From: Candidatus Omnitrophota bacterium
Lineage (GTDB): Bacteria; Omnitrophota; Gorgyraeia; Zapsychrales; JANLHA01
NCBI GenBank assembly: GCA_963662715.1
Contig: OY759724.1
Span: 1,770,001 to 1,802,000, forward strand
Direction: 5' to 3'
Length of the DNA stretch: 32,000 bases
The notes beneath the pieces are model-generated. The model did not search any database and was not told where the DNA came from. It saw only the letters and a program-made list of their open reading frames with translations. Of the stretch, positions 8,031-16,520 are shown piece after piece. Made by a program: the position numbers and the translations under genes. Every line of letters begins with the position of its first letter. Position 1 is the first letter of the stretch.

Positions 8031-8494
8031 TATTATTTATTTTGTTTTCCTGCGTAGGCTGCGATCAGCTGACAAAAGCCATTGCCAGACAAAATGTCCC
8101 CAAAACAGGATGTATAAGCCTGGCCAATGATCTGTTCAGGTTTCAGTACGCAGAAAATCCGGGAGCGTTCTTAAGTGTCGGGGCGGATATCCCCGAAACG
8201 TTACGTTTCTCGGTTTTTATCCTTTTGCTGGGAACAGCTCTTCTGGGCATGTTGGTCTATATTTTGAGAACCCGTCATTTTTCTGAAGCACAAGTTATAG
8301 CCCTGGCTTTTATCCTCAGCGGCGGTTTCGGTAACTTGCTCGACCGGATTTATAACGAAGGGCGGGTCATTGATTTTATGAATTGCGGGATCGGCCAGCT
8401 GCGAACGGGCGTTTTTAACGTGGCTGACATGGCCATTACATTTGGTGCTGTTGGTTTCTTTGTCGTTTCCCTCAAGACGCCAAAAGAAGAGTGA
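8024..8494 (+). CDS. lspA: signal peptidase II (lipoprotein signal peptidase), second/paralogous copy
   Basis: LspA motifs are present: CDQLTK, AENPGAF, GGFGNLLDRI, VIDFM and FNVADMAITFGA. The start is non-ATG (TTG 8024 or GTG 8027) and the N-terminus is short. Confidence 0.75.
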   Translation: MVILFILFSCVGCDQLTKAIARQNVPKTGCISLANDLFRFQYAENPGAFLSVGADIPETLRFSVFILLLGTALLGMLVYILRTRHFSEAQVIALAFILSGGFGNLLDRIYNEGRVIDFMNCGIGQLRTGVFNVADMAITFGAVGFFVVSLKTPKEE

Positions 8495-8543
8495 TGTTCC
8501 CTGTCCCGGATCACTACGGCATTTGTCCTTGGAGGAATAATGT

Positions 8544-9098
8544 ATGGAAAAACATATCTGTCCCGTATGGATCGGTTATCTTCTCTTGAGTCCCTTGAGA
8601 AAGCTGTCCCAGAATCCCGAGAAAATTCTGCGGCCGTATATCCGCGAAAACATGACGGTCCTTGATGCCGGGTGCGCCATGGGTTTTTTTAGCCTGCCGG
8701 CAGCCAGAATGGTGGGGGCCGCCGGGAAGGTTGTCTGTGTTGATCTGCAGGAAGGGATGATTAAAGGCCTCAGAAAACGGGCGGCAAAATCCGGCTTGTT
8801 ACCGCGTGTTGAAACCCGTCTGTGCCGGGAAAGTTCCCTGGGGCTTGATGACCTGCAAGAAAAGGTTGACTTCGCTTTTGCTGTCGCCGTAGTGCATGAA
8901 GTTCCAGATGCCGCGGCTTTCTTTTCGGAAATATATTCCGCCTTGAAGCCGGGAGGCCGTTTGTTGATGATCGAACCCAAACGTCACGTCCCGGAAGAAG
9001 AATTCGAAAGAAGCATACAGACCGCTCAGGAGCAGGGTTTTGTTGTCATGGAAAATTCAAGGGCGCGGGAGGGCAGCGTGGCGGTCTTTAAGAAATAG
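8544..9098 (+). CDS. class I SAM-dependent methyltransferase
   Basis: GGAGGA SD. Motif I is VLDAGCAMGFF, the acidic loop is VVCVDLQE, and the post-II region is LKPGGRLLMIE. Confidence 0.75.
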   Translation: MEKHICPVWIGYLLLSPLRKLSQNPEKILRPYIRENMTVLDAGCAMGFFSLPAARMVGAAGKVVCVDLQEGMIKGLRKRAAKSGLLPRVETRLCRESSLGLDDLQEKVDFAFAVAVVHEVPDAAAFFSEIYSALKPGGRLLMIEPKRHVPEEEFERSIQTAQEQGFVVMENSRAREGSVAVFKK

Positions 9099-9327
9099 AT
9101 TTTTTTGTTCCTGTGGCGGACTAAGGATGAATTGTCTGAAAAGTTTCAGCGATGGCCTTGGAAAAAATCACTAATCATTATTGACGAATATGCCGGGGGA
9201 ATAGTATTTTAAATAAAGGTGTTTTGGGAATGCCGGAAATTTTTCCGGAAGGTTTCCTGCCTTTTGGCCCCATATGTCAGGAGGGTTGACGAGGAGTGTT
9301 AACCCTAAATTTTGAGGAGGAGAGCGT

Positions 9328-9729
9328 ATGATTTTGTCAGAGAATGATTATGTCCTTATCTCGATTGATGAAAGCGTTCCCTGCTTGGAATGGATAGGCA
9401 AGAAAGGGTTTGTCCCTTCGGAAGAATTCCGTTTGTCTGAAGAGGAGAGCCTGAAATTTTATCGTCAATATAAAAAACAATACCCTGCAATACAATGGTT
9501 TGTTGATGCCCGTTTTATCGAGACGGTCTCCCCGCATGACACTCAATGGTTGATTGATGAGATCCTGCCGCTATTCGCCGCCGCTGGTCTGACCAAAGAA
9601 GCTTTTGTGGCTCCTGCCAGTGCTTTAGGAAAAATGACGGTTAACCACTATAAAACAACGGCTGGCCAGGTCATAGAAATCCAGACATTTGATTCCGTGG
9701 ATGCCGCAAAAGCCTGGCTGAAAGCTTAA
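9328..9729 (+). CDS. hypothetical cytoplasmic protein
   Basis: A strong GAGGAGGAG SD precedes the ATG. 133-aa ORF with protein-like composition. No family confidently recognised. Confidence 0.6.
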   Translation: MILSENDYVLISIDESVPCLEWIGKKGFVPSEEFRLSEEESLKFYRQYKKQYPAIQWFVDARFIETVSPHDTQWLIDEILPLFAAAGLTKEAFVAPASALGKMTVNHYKTTAGQVIEIQTFDSVDAAKAWLKA

Positions 9730-10168
9730 CAGGATTGCGCGCTTGCCGCCTAGCTGTCGCTGGTCGCGGAAGGCGTCCTTTGTTACAGGGGCCCCCGCAG
9801 GGCCGAAAGAGCCGAGCGATGCCTGTATGGAGCGGAGGATAGCTTTGTTTTATGCTCCGCGGGCCGGCTAATTTTGTGAAAAGAAGAAAGGGTCGAAAAA
9901 AATGGCAGGACAACGTATAATAAAAAGGTAAAAGGAGCAGGATTTGCCTCCCGCTTAGGCGGGGCCTTTGAGGTTTTCCCCCTGGCTTTATCTCGGGGTT
10001 TAAGGATGGGAATGCTATTTAAAAATATCCGAACTTTATGCCTGAGACCGGCTCCAAGAAGAATAAATGAGGCGGCCTGTCCCGTGTCGGTTTCGGAAAG
10101 TTCAGTATATATATCTAAAAATAGCCTGTTCCCCCTGCGCTTGTCCGGTGCAGGGGGGGAAATAAGAG

Positions 10169-10519
10169 GTGATGAAAATGCTCTTTTCCCCTTGTTCTTG
10201 TCCCCGGGCCGTCTCCGGCTGTTTCATGATTGGGTTTGTCCTGACGCTTTTTTTGAATTTGTTCTCATCCCATGCCTTTGCGCAGTCAACCACGGAGTAT
10301 CTTATGTTACAAAGTCAAGTGGCGGGGGGCCTCCAGCAGGAGGCTTCTCAAAGGGGGAGAGTTTACGCCGGGCCGCAAGATATTCGAGAGTCGGGCCGGA
10401 TGGATTCGAGAAACCAAGTTCATCATTCCTTTAAAAATATTTTAGAACAATTGACTCCCGTGCAGATTTGTGTGGCATTGGTTTTGCTGGCGTTTTTGTG
10501 GCTGTTTTTGCACAAATAA
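10169..10519 (+). CDS. possible small exported/membrane-anchored protein
   Basis: AAGAGG precedes ATGs at 10169, 10172 and 10178. The N-terminus is signal-like (...FVLTLFLNLFSSHAFA/QS) and the C-terminus is hydrophobic (ICVALVLLAFLWLFL). It sits in an otherwise coding-poor 1.2-kb gap and overlaps another ORF in a different frame. Confidence 0.35.
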   Translation: MMKMLFSPCSCPRAVSGCFMIGFVLTLFLNLFSSHAFAQSTTEYLMLQSQVAGGLQQEASQRGRVYAGPQDIRESGRMDSRNQVHHSFKNILEQLTPVQICVALVLLAFLWLFLHK

Positions 10520-10911
10520 TGTTGACAGCGTCAGCGCAATATTATGCGTACGAATGATAAAAATTAAAGCCAAGCGCCCGGCCGTATGTTATGATGAGTT
10601 TTATCGTTAACGACTCGGGAAGCACTTTTGGGAGACAGCTCCCGCCTTTTACGGAGCTGGCACGCCGGACTTCGTGAAACAAGAAGAGTCATGCAGAATT
10701 GCGGGATAAACGAAGTTATCAAGGTTGTTATATTGTTTGCCGTTGCTTATCTTCCGGGATTGTGGGTTGTGAAGAAATGATTCTTCTGCTTTGCATTGCC
10801 TTTATGACAGAGCCCTGCAGAAGAAGATCAAAAATTTTAGCCACCGCCTTTGCCGCTGTTGATAGACCGGAAGACAGACTTTTTTTAACTTAAACATTTC
10901 AATTATGGAAA

Positions 10912-12222
10912 ATGACCAACATGATGAACTCAAGCCGTCCGGCTTCCGGCCGTAATTTGCTGTGTTGTTTTGTCCTCGTCCTGAGCTTGGCCTTGTTCCC
11001 GGGGAATGATGCCGGAGCCATCACAGACGAGGGCGCCGATATTTTTGAACAGTCAAAAAAGAGCGTCTTTCAAATTCGTGTTATTGATTTGGCCAGTGAT
11101 GAAAAATCAACAACGGGGTCAGGGTTTTATATCAGTCCCCAGGGGCATATGATTACAAACTACCATGTCGTTTCAGAATATGTCATGAAACCTGACCGCT
11201 ACAGCATCAAATTTATTAATGAGGACGGGACTTCCGGAGATCTGAGCCTTCTGGGGATTGATGTTATTCATGATTTGGCCATTTTGACCACCGGCCAAGA
11301 GACGGATTTTTTTCTCCGCCTGGGCAATTCCCAAATATTCAAAGGGGAACGTATTTTCAGCATGGGCAACCCGCATGATCTCGGCATGTCTATTATTGAG
11401 GGCACATTCAACGGTTTGATGGAGAAATCCATGTACCGCAAGATTCTTTTTTCCGCGTCTTTGAACCCCGGGATGAGCGGCGGCCCGGCATTAAACCGCA
11501 ACGGGGAGGTTGTCGGGATTAATGTTTCAACGATGGGCAACGATGTCAGTTTTTTAGTGCCGGTGGAATTCTTGACAGCTCTTTATCATGATGTCAAGGC
11601 GCAGGTGGCAAGTCCTGTCGCAGAATGGGAAAGCATTATAGAAAAACAGCTTTTGTCCCAGCAGGACCAGTTTATTGCGGATCTGTTGGCGTCTGAATGG
11701 GAGCATTTGACTCTGGGGGATATGTTCATCCCGGGAGAAATTGCTGTCCCGATCAAGTGCTGGGGGAATTCGATGGACAAGGAAAAAGAATTGATGGTCA
11801 AAGTCCGAACGTCCTGCAGCAGTGAGGACAGCGTATATCTGAATCATGAGGTGTACACGGCTTATTATTCTTTTTGGTTCCTGCATCATACCAGCAAGGG
11901 GATGAACACGTTCCGTTTTTATAATCATCTTGTTGATGATTATGTGGGCGCTTTTTCCTATTATGATGAAGATGATGAGTTTTTCACCAAATTCCAATGC
12001 CGTAATGATTTTGTGAAAATAGCCGGCAGGAATTGGAAGGCGGCTTTATGCGTCAGGAAGTATAAAAAATTCCAGCAGCTTTTTGACCTTAACCTGGTCA
12101 TGAGTACCGTTGATGAATTTGATAATGGTTTGATGGGGGCCTTCGTGGTGAGGGGCGTCGGGAAGAAAGCCGGGCAAGCTTTGATCCGGAGGTTTATGGA
12201 GGAAATACAGTGCCAAAAATAA
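10912..12222 (+). CDS. exported trypsin-like (S1/DegP-type fold) serine protease with an uncharacterised roughly 200-aa C-terminal domain
   Basis: The signal peptide reads LLCCFVLVLSLALFPGNDAGA. The catalytic triad contexts are ITNYHVV (His), DLAIL (Asp) and NPGMSGGPAL (Ser). No PDZ-like sequence recognised in the C-terminal half. Confidence 0.75.
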   Translation: MTNMMNSSRPASGRNLLCCFVLVLSLALFPGNDAGAITDEGADIFEQSKKSVFQIRVIDLASDEKSTTGSGFYISPQGHMITNYHVVSEYVMKPDRYSIKFINEDGTSGDLSLLGIDVIHDLAILTTGQETDFFLRLGNSQIFKGERIFSMGNPHDLGMSIIEGTFNGLMEKSMYRKILFSASLNPGMSGGPALNRNGEVVGINVSTMGNDVSFLVPVEFLTALYHDVKAQVASPVAEWESIIEKQLLSQQDQFIADLLASEWEHLTLGDMFIPGEIAVPIKCWGNSMDKEKELMVKVRTSCSSEDSVYLNHEVYTAYYSFWFLHHTSKGMNTFRFYNHLVDDYVGAFSYYDEDDEFFTKFQCRNDFVKIAGRNWKAALCVRKYKKFQQLFDLNLVMSTVDEFDNGLMGAFVVRGVGKKAGQALIRRFMEEIQCQK

Positions 12223-13172
12223 TTGTCGAAATCACCCCGGATTCCAAGTCTGTGAGAGAATATAAGGTTTTTGACTCCGAAGAAGTGTGTGTCGGCAGGG
12301 GCTTTGATTGTGACGTTATCCTTCAGGATGTTTATGTCGCGGCACGACATCTGCTCATCACCCGTACCGGGGACAGCATCAAAGTCAAAGACCTTGGTTC
12401 CGAGAACGGGACGTTTCTGCCCCCAGCAGAGCGGGTTAATCCCGAGGCCACGCTTTTATCAGGGGATGAGGTGACTTTGGGGAAAACCAGGCTGCGGATT
12501 TATCTTGACTCCCATCCTGTCCCGGCTGCCCGTATCTTATATGAACGTCATAAATTTTTAAAGCTCGCAGGAAAACCTCTGGTGGCTTGGGGCTGGGTGG
12601 GGGTCATGATGGGCTTTACCTTGCTGGAAGTGTATTGCCACACAACGAAAAATGAGGATTTTATTAAACTGCTTTCCACCCCGATTGTGGTCTTCTGCAC
12701 GATTTTGCTGTGGGGAGGGTTTTGGGCTTTTATCGGGCGATTGCTTCGGCATAAAGTTTATTTTTATGAACACCTTTCGGTGTGTTGCGCCTGGCTTTTT
12801 TCCAGCGCGGTGCTGGAAAATATCATTGACTATATGAGTTTCTATGCCAACAGCAAGTTGCTGAACACGATTTGCGCTTATATCCTCAACAGCGGGCTTT
12901 TTATCATCACATTGTTTGCGAGTTTGACGTTCTCGACGAATATGAGCAGAGCGAAGAAGATCACGTTTGCCAGTATTTTTACTTTTGTCCTGGTTGCCTC
13001 TTTTGCCGGCCTGAAGTTGTCGGCTTCAAAGTATTATACATGGGCGCCCCCCTACGATACGATCCTTAAACCGCCTGTTTTAGGGTCCCGGAACGGACGC
13101 CCCATTGAAGAGTTCATTGAGAATACAGATCCTTTGTTTATATTTAAGGAAGAAGAAAAAACCGTTAAATAA
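12210..13172 (+). CDS. FHA-domain protein with a multi-pass membrane C-terminal region
   Basis: The GTG start at 12210 is preceded by GGAGGA and overlaps the protease stop by 13 nt. The FHA signature reads VCVGRGFDCDVILQDVYVAARHLLI...VKDLGSENGTFL. About 5-6 hydrophobic helices follow. Confidence 0.75.
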   Translation: MPKIIVEITPDSKSVREYKVFDSEEVCVGRGFDCDVILQDVYVAARHLLITRTGDSIKVKDLGSENGTFLPPAERVNPEATLLSGDEVTLGKTRLRIYLDSHPVPAARILYERHKFLKLAGKPLVAWGWVGVMMGFTLLEVYCHTTKNEDFIKLLSTPIVVFCTILLWGGFWAFIGRLLRHKVYFYEHLSVCCAWLFSSAVLENIIDYMSFYANSKLLNTICAYILNSGLFIITLFASLTFSTNMSRAKKITFASIFTFVLVASFAGLKLSASKYYTWAPPYDTILKPPVLGSRNGRPIEEFIENTDPLFIFKEEEKTVK

Positions 13173-13272
13173 CCTCCCCAGGGAACATAACGTATGCGTT
13201 GCCTGCCACCGCGGAACGTCCTGTGCCGGTTTGAGCCTTCACCCTGGGGGCAAAAAAACAGGAGGTGTTGCC

Positions 13273-13518
13273 ATGTCTATTCCGGTCATTCGTGATGTGT
13301 TGTTTGTGTGCTTTATGATTAATTTTGGACTATTGCTGTGGTGGTTCTGTATGTTTATTTTTGCGCATGATTTGATATATAAGATGCACAGCCGGTGGTT
13401 CAAAATTTCTGCGGAGAAATTTGATGCGATTCATTATGCCGGGATTGCTTGCTATAAAATAGGCATCTTTTTTTTCAACGTCGTCCCTTTTTTCGCCCTG
13501 CAAGTGGTCGGCGATTAG
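13273..13518 (+). CDS. small membrane protein (DUF6868-like by memory)
   Basis: CAGGAGG SD precedes the ATG at 13273. The product is 81 aa: MSIPVIRDVLFVCFMINFGLLLWWF...YKIGIFFFNVVPFFALQVV. The longer ORF from 13105 overlaps the FHA gene and lacks an SD. Confidence 0.5.
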   Translation: MSIPVIRDVLFVCFMINFGLLLWWFCMFIFAHDLIYKMHSRWFKISAEKFDAIHYAGIACYKIGIFFFNVVPFFALQVVGD

Positions 13519-13536
13519 AAATAATGAATAACGGAC

Positions 13537-14184
13537 GTGGGTTATCCCCGCATGAAATTTTTTGATCATCCCCGGATTCGGGATTTGGGGCAGGCATCAG
13601 CTCCTTATTGGGCTGTTTTCATAGGATTGTATTGTTTCCGGAACGCCTGGTTCAGTTTGCTTTTATATCATTTCCAAATTGTTCTATACGCATGTTTTTT
13701 AAAGCCGGACATTAAGAAGATATTGTGCTCCGGGTTTTCCGGAAAAGAATTTTTACGCTTTGTCCTGCCGGTTGCGCTGCTCGGGCCATTTCTTTTTTAT
13801 TTTCTGCCCGTGATGATGTGTGAACACGTTTCTCTGGCCGGGTGGTTGCAGTCGTACGGCCTGACCGAGAAAACGTTTTTTTGGCTCTTCCCGTATTTCG
13901 GAGGCATTCATCCCGTCCTGGAGGAAATTCACTGGTCGCGGTTCCGGGGAAGGGGACGTTTTTCCTGGATGATGTATGTCCTGTTTGCCGGATACCATGT
14001 CCTGGTCCTCGGCGATGTATTAAAGCCCCTGGGGCTGGCGGCCTGTTTTTTTGTCCTTGTTGCAGCCGCTTGTGTTTGGGATTTTCTTTATGTCAAATTG
14101 AAAGGGGGCTGTATCCCTTTTTTGTCGCACCTTGCCGGAGATCTCGGGATTATCGGAGCGGCGGTTGTCCTCCTTCGCGGGTAA
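13537..14184 (+). CDS. CPBP (CAAX protease / bacteriocin-processing, Abi-type) family intramembrane protease-like protein
   Basis: Polytopic membrane ORF with CPBP-like motifs: LEEIHWSRFRG (EExxxR-like), FAGYHVL and LSHLAGDL. The start is uncertain (GTG 13537 or ATG 13552) and there is no clear SD. Confidence 0.45.
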   Translation: MGYPRMKFFDHPRIRDLGQASAPYWAVFIGLYCFRNAWFSLLLYHFQIVLYACFLKPDIKKILCSGFSGKEFLRFVLPVALLGPFLFYFLPVMMCEHVSLAGWLQSYGLTEKTFFWLFPYFGGIHPVLEEIHWSRFRGRGRFSWMMYVLFAGYHVLVLGDVLKPLGLAACFFVLVAAACVWDFLYVKLKGGCIPFLSHLAGDLGIIGAAVVLLRG

Positions 14185-14283
14185 TACAACAGGGCCGGCG
14201 AGAGAAATGAGGCCCTGTTTCGTCATTTTGGGAAAATGTCGGCGGGAACGCCAATAAAATAAAAGAAGACGGCATCGGCGGGG

Positions 14284-14925
14284 ATGCCGGATATAATATC
14301 ACTCCCTGTTTATGTGCTTATGAACCAAATGCAAGATATTCTCCGGTCGTTTTACCATCCGACAGTGAATTCTTTTTTTTCTGCGGAAATTTTTCATATC
14401 AATATTAATATTGTATTGCTCTGCCTGTTTTTGCTTGTAACCATCAGTTTCTATGTGGGGCAGTCTGTATTATCCCGCAAATGGCCCCGGATGTTCCTGT
14501 CTCCCTGGATGTTTAAGGGGCTGTTTGGCATTTTTATTTTGTATTCCTGCTGTCAGCTGCCCGGAATGCATTATTATTTTAAGAAAGGCCTGGCCTTTTC
14601 CGAAAAGCCGGAAAGAGAAAGGACCGCCGCTCTTTTTGGGGACAGGTACCTGTTCCCGGAGAAAGCCCGGGAGATGCTCCCTGACGGATGCCGCGCGGAT
14701 TTGGAGACGGATTTAAATGTCTCTGCCGACCCGGGCATGCTGCATCACCGCGTTTTAAGCTATTTTCTTTATCCGATTGATATCCGGGGTGTTCAGGACG
14801 GGCCGAAAAACTGTATGATATTTTTTCAGAAAGAAGGGGCTGCTGCCCGGGTGCCCGAAGATTATGACGTCCTGTTTATGTATAACTCTGAGAATCTGCT
14901 GGCTGTTAAGAAGGAAAACCGTTAA
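14284..14925 (+). CDS. hypothetical membrane protein
   Basis: 213-aa ORF with two hydrophobic helices followed by a soluble C-terminal domain. The stop lies 3 nt before the next gene. No family recognised. Confidence 0.5.
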   Translation: MPDIISLPVYVLMNQMQDILRSFYHPTVNSFFSAEIFHININIVLLCLFLLVTISFYVGQSVLSRKWPRMFLSPWMFKGLFGIFILYSCCQLPGMHYYFKKGLAFSEKPERERTAALFGDRYLFPEKAREMLPDGCRADLETDLNVSADPGMLHHRVLSYFLYPIDIRGVQDGPKNCMIFFQKEGAAARVPEDYDVLFMYNSENLLAVKKENR

Positions 14926-14928
14926 ATT

Positions 14929-16305
14929 ATGTTTTTTGCCGCATTCAAAGCCTTTATAATCGTCTATGCTTTTGGTTTATCCTTGACCCGTTTTCTGCTC
15001 GGCCGCCTCCGGGTCGGACGCTTGCTGGAATGGAGCCTGGCTTACGGCCTCGGTCTGGGATTATTTTCTTACTGGATGTTTGCGGTCGGAGTCCTTCGGA
15101 TTCCGTATTCTTTCTCGGTCCTTGCGTTCCCTGTTCTGACGCTTACAGTCTTTATCTTTTTTTTCTCGTGGAGAAAACCGGCCGGGGCTGTCCCTGCCGT
15201 TCCCCCGGAAAAAGACAAAAACGGCTGTCGTGATATCTTGTGCCTGCTGGGAGTCCTTTATATATGCTGGAATTTGGCTTATGTTTTCAACCTGGCTTTG
15301 AACACCCCTGTTAAAAGCTGGGATGAATTGGCGACAGTGGCTTTTAAGGCCAAGGTTGTTTTTTTTGATCATTCGCTGAGATACCTGAAAAATTTGCCGC
15401 ACACCGCTTATCCGCTTCATGTCCCGCTGTCGGAAGCATGGGTGGCCCTTTGTGCGGGGCAGTGGAATGATTATGTTATCAAGCTTTTTTTCCCGTTAGC
15501 GTATGTCTCTTTTCTGGGCATTCATTTTAGTTTTTTAAAAGAATTGACGAACACCCGCTGGGCCGTGCTTGGCGTTGTTCTGCTGATTTCTTCCAATTTA
15601 TTCACTTTGCATGCCACAATATCTTACCGTGATTTTTTTGTCGCTTATTACAATTGCACGGCTGTTTATGTTTTGCTTCTATGGAGAAGGCGTAATGACG
15701 TTCCTTTATTGATCCTGTCCTCTGTCTTTGCGGCGCTCGCGGCCTGGACAAAAATTGAAGGGACGATATATTTATTTATTGTTCTGTTTGTTCTTCTAGC
15801 CATCGTGGCAGAGAAGAAAGCGGGCTTTCGGCCTGTAAGGCTGCGGCCCCTGATGCGTTTTGTCCCTGTCCCGTTGTTTTTGGTGGGAGGGCATCATTTA
15901 TACCGCATTTTACTGGCTATTGAAATTGAAAAGAAATCCCGGCTGGTTTTTCAAGGCCCGGTGCTGGAGAGATTCCTGGATTTCTGGGAGAAGTTTGCCT
16001 TGGACATTTTCGGTTCGGCTAACTGGAATATCGTTTGGATTTTATTGTTGGTCAGTCTGCCGAATATCCGGGCATGGAGGAGCTGTAAAGAGATCAGATT
16101 CCTTTTTCTTGCACTTTGTTTGTTCATCGGAAATTTGGCTTTTCTTTCCACGTTCACAGAAAGTTATGTTTATATCGGAGGCCATCAGTGGATCACAGGC
16201 CTGCCGCGCCTGATCCTGCATTTTTATCCCCTGGCCCCGGCCTTGATCGTCTTGCTGAATGCCCCGTTGAAACCGTTGGCCTCCGCTCAAGGAAGCAGGT
16301 CATGA
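14929..16305 (+). CDS. polytopic membrane protein, possibly a GT-C-type (ArnT/PMT-like) glycosyltransferase
   Basis: 458 aa with at least 10 hydrophobic helices. A loop sequence PVKSWDELATVAF resembles the acidic loop motif of GT-C enzymes. The functional call is weak. Confidence 0.4.
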   Translation: MFFAAFKAFIIVYAFGLSLTRFLLGRLRVGRLLEWSLAYGLGLGLFSYWMFAVGVLRIPYSFSVLAFPVLTLTVFIFFFSWRKPAGAVPAVPPEKDKNGCRDILCLLGVLYICWNLAYVFNLALNTPVKSWDELATVAFKAKVVFFDHSLRYLKNLPHTAYPLHVPLSEAWVALCAGQWNDYVIKLFFPLAYVSFLGIHFSFLKELTNTRWAVLGVVLLISSNLFTLHATISYRDFFVAYYNCTAVYVLLLWRRRNDVPLLILSSVFAALAAWTKIEGTIYLFIVLFVLLAIVAEKKAGFRPVRLRPLMRFVPVPLFLVGGHHLYRILLAIEIEKKSRLVFQGPVLERFLDFWEKFALDIFGSANWNIVWILLLVSLPNIRAWRSCKEIRFLFLALCLFIGNLAFLSTFTESYVYIGGHQWITGLPRLILHFYPLAPALIVLLNAPLKPLASAQGSRS

Positions 16306-16520
16306 TTGACAGGGAGACGGCTGCGGCAAGAAATGTCCGGGGGCCTGAAGTGTTGTGGAGATGGTGGACCCGGGCGGTGAAGCCGGGACGAAACCGGGTT
16401 ATAAAAACATATGGGTGCGGATTCTGAATTACCGGTGTTATCCTTAAACAGGTTTTAGCTGTAAAGACAGCGGAGCTTTGGTCCGGTTCCGCCGGAGGAA
16501 ATAATAGGAGATGATTTCTT

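Noticed and set aside
10385-10420. TTCGAATCC (tRNA T-loop-like) on the minus strand
   Set aside because: The flanking bases do not form a T-stem, and no acceptor or anticodon arms can be drawn. This is a chance match.
10006-10434. 142-aa + strand ORF in the large intergenic gap; also the ORF at 10699-10893
   Set aside because: The composition is not protein-like (Pro/Arg/Ser/Gly-rich) and there is no SD. The first ORF overlaps the somewhat better ORF at 10169-10519 in another frame.
10912-12222. The trypsin-like protease as the activator of the gasdermin-like protein, since trypsin-like activators are known for bGSDMs
   Set aside because: It carries a signal peptide, so it is extracytoplasmic. 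It lies 6 kb away with about 10 unrelated genes in between, and it is translationally coupled to a different partner (the FHA protein).
16306-16520. 215-nt spacer with three CCGGG-containing repeats (a possible riboswitch) and the overlapping 103-aa ORF at 16116-16427
   Set aside because: I could not match any riboswitch consensus that I know, including the B12 box. The ORF overlaps the end of the GT-C-like gene, is Arg/Pro-rich and has no SD.
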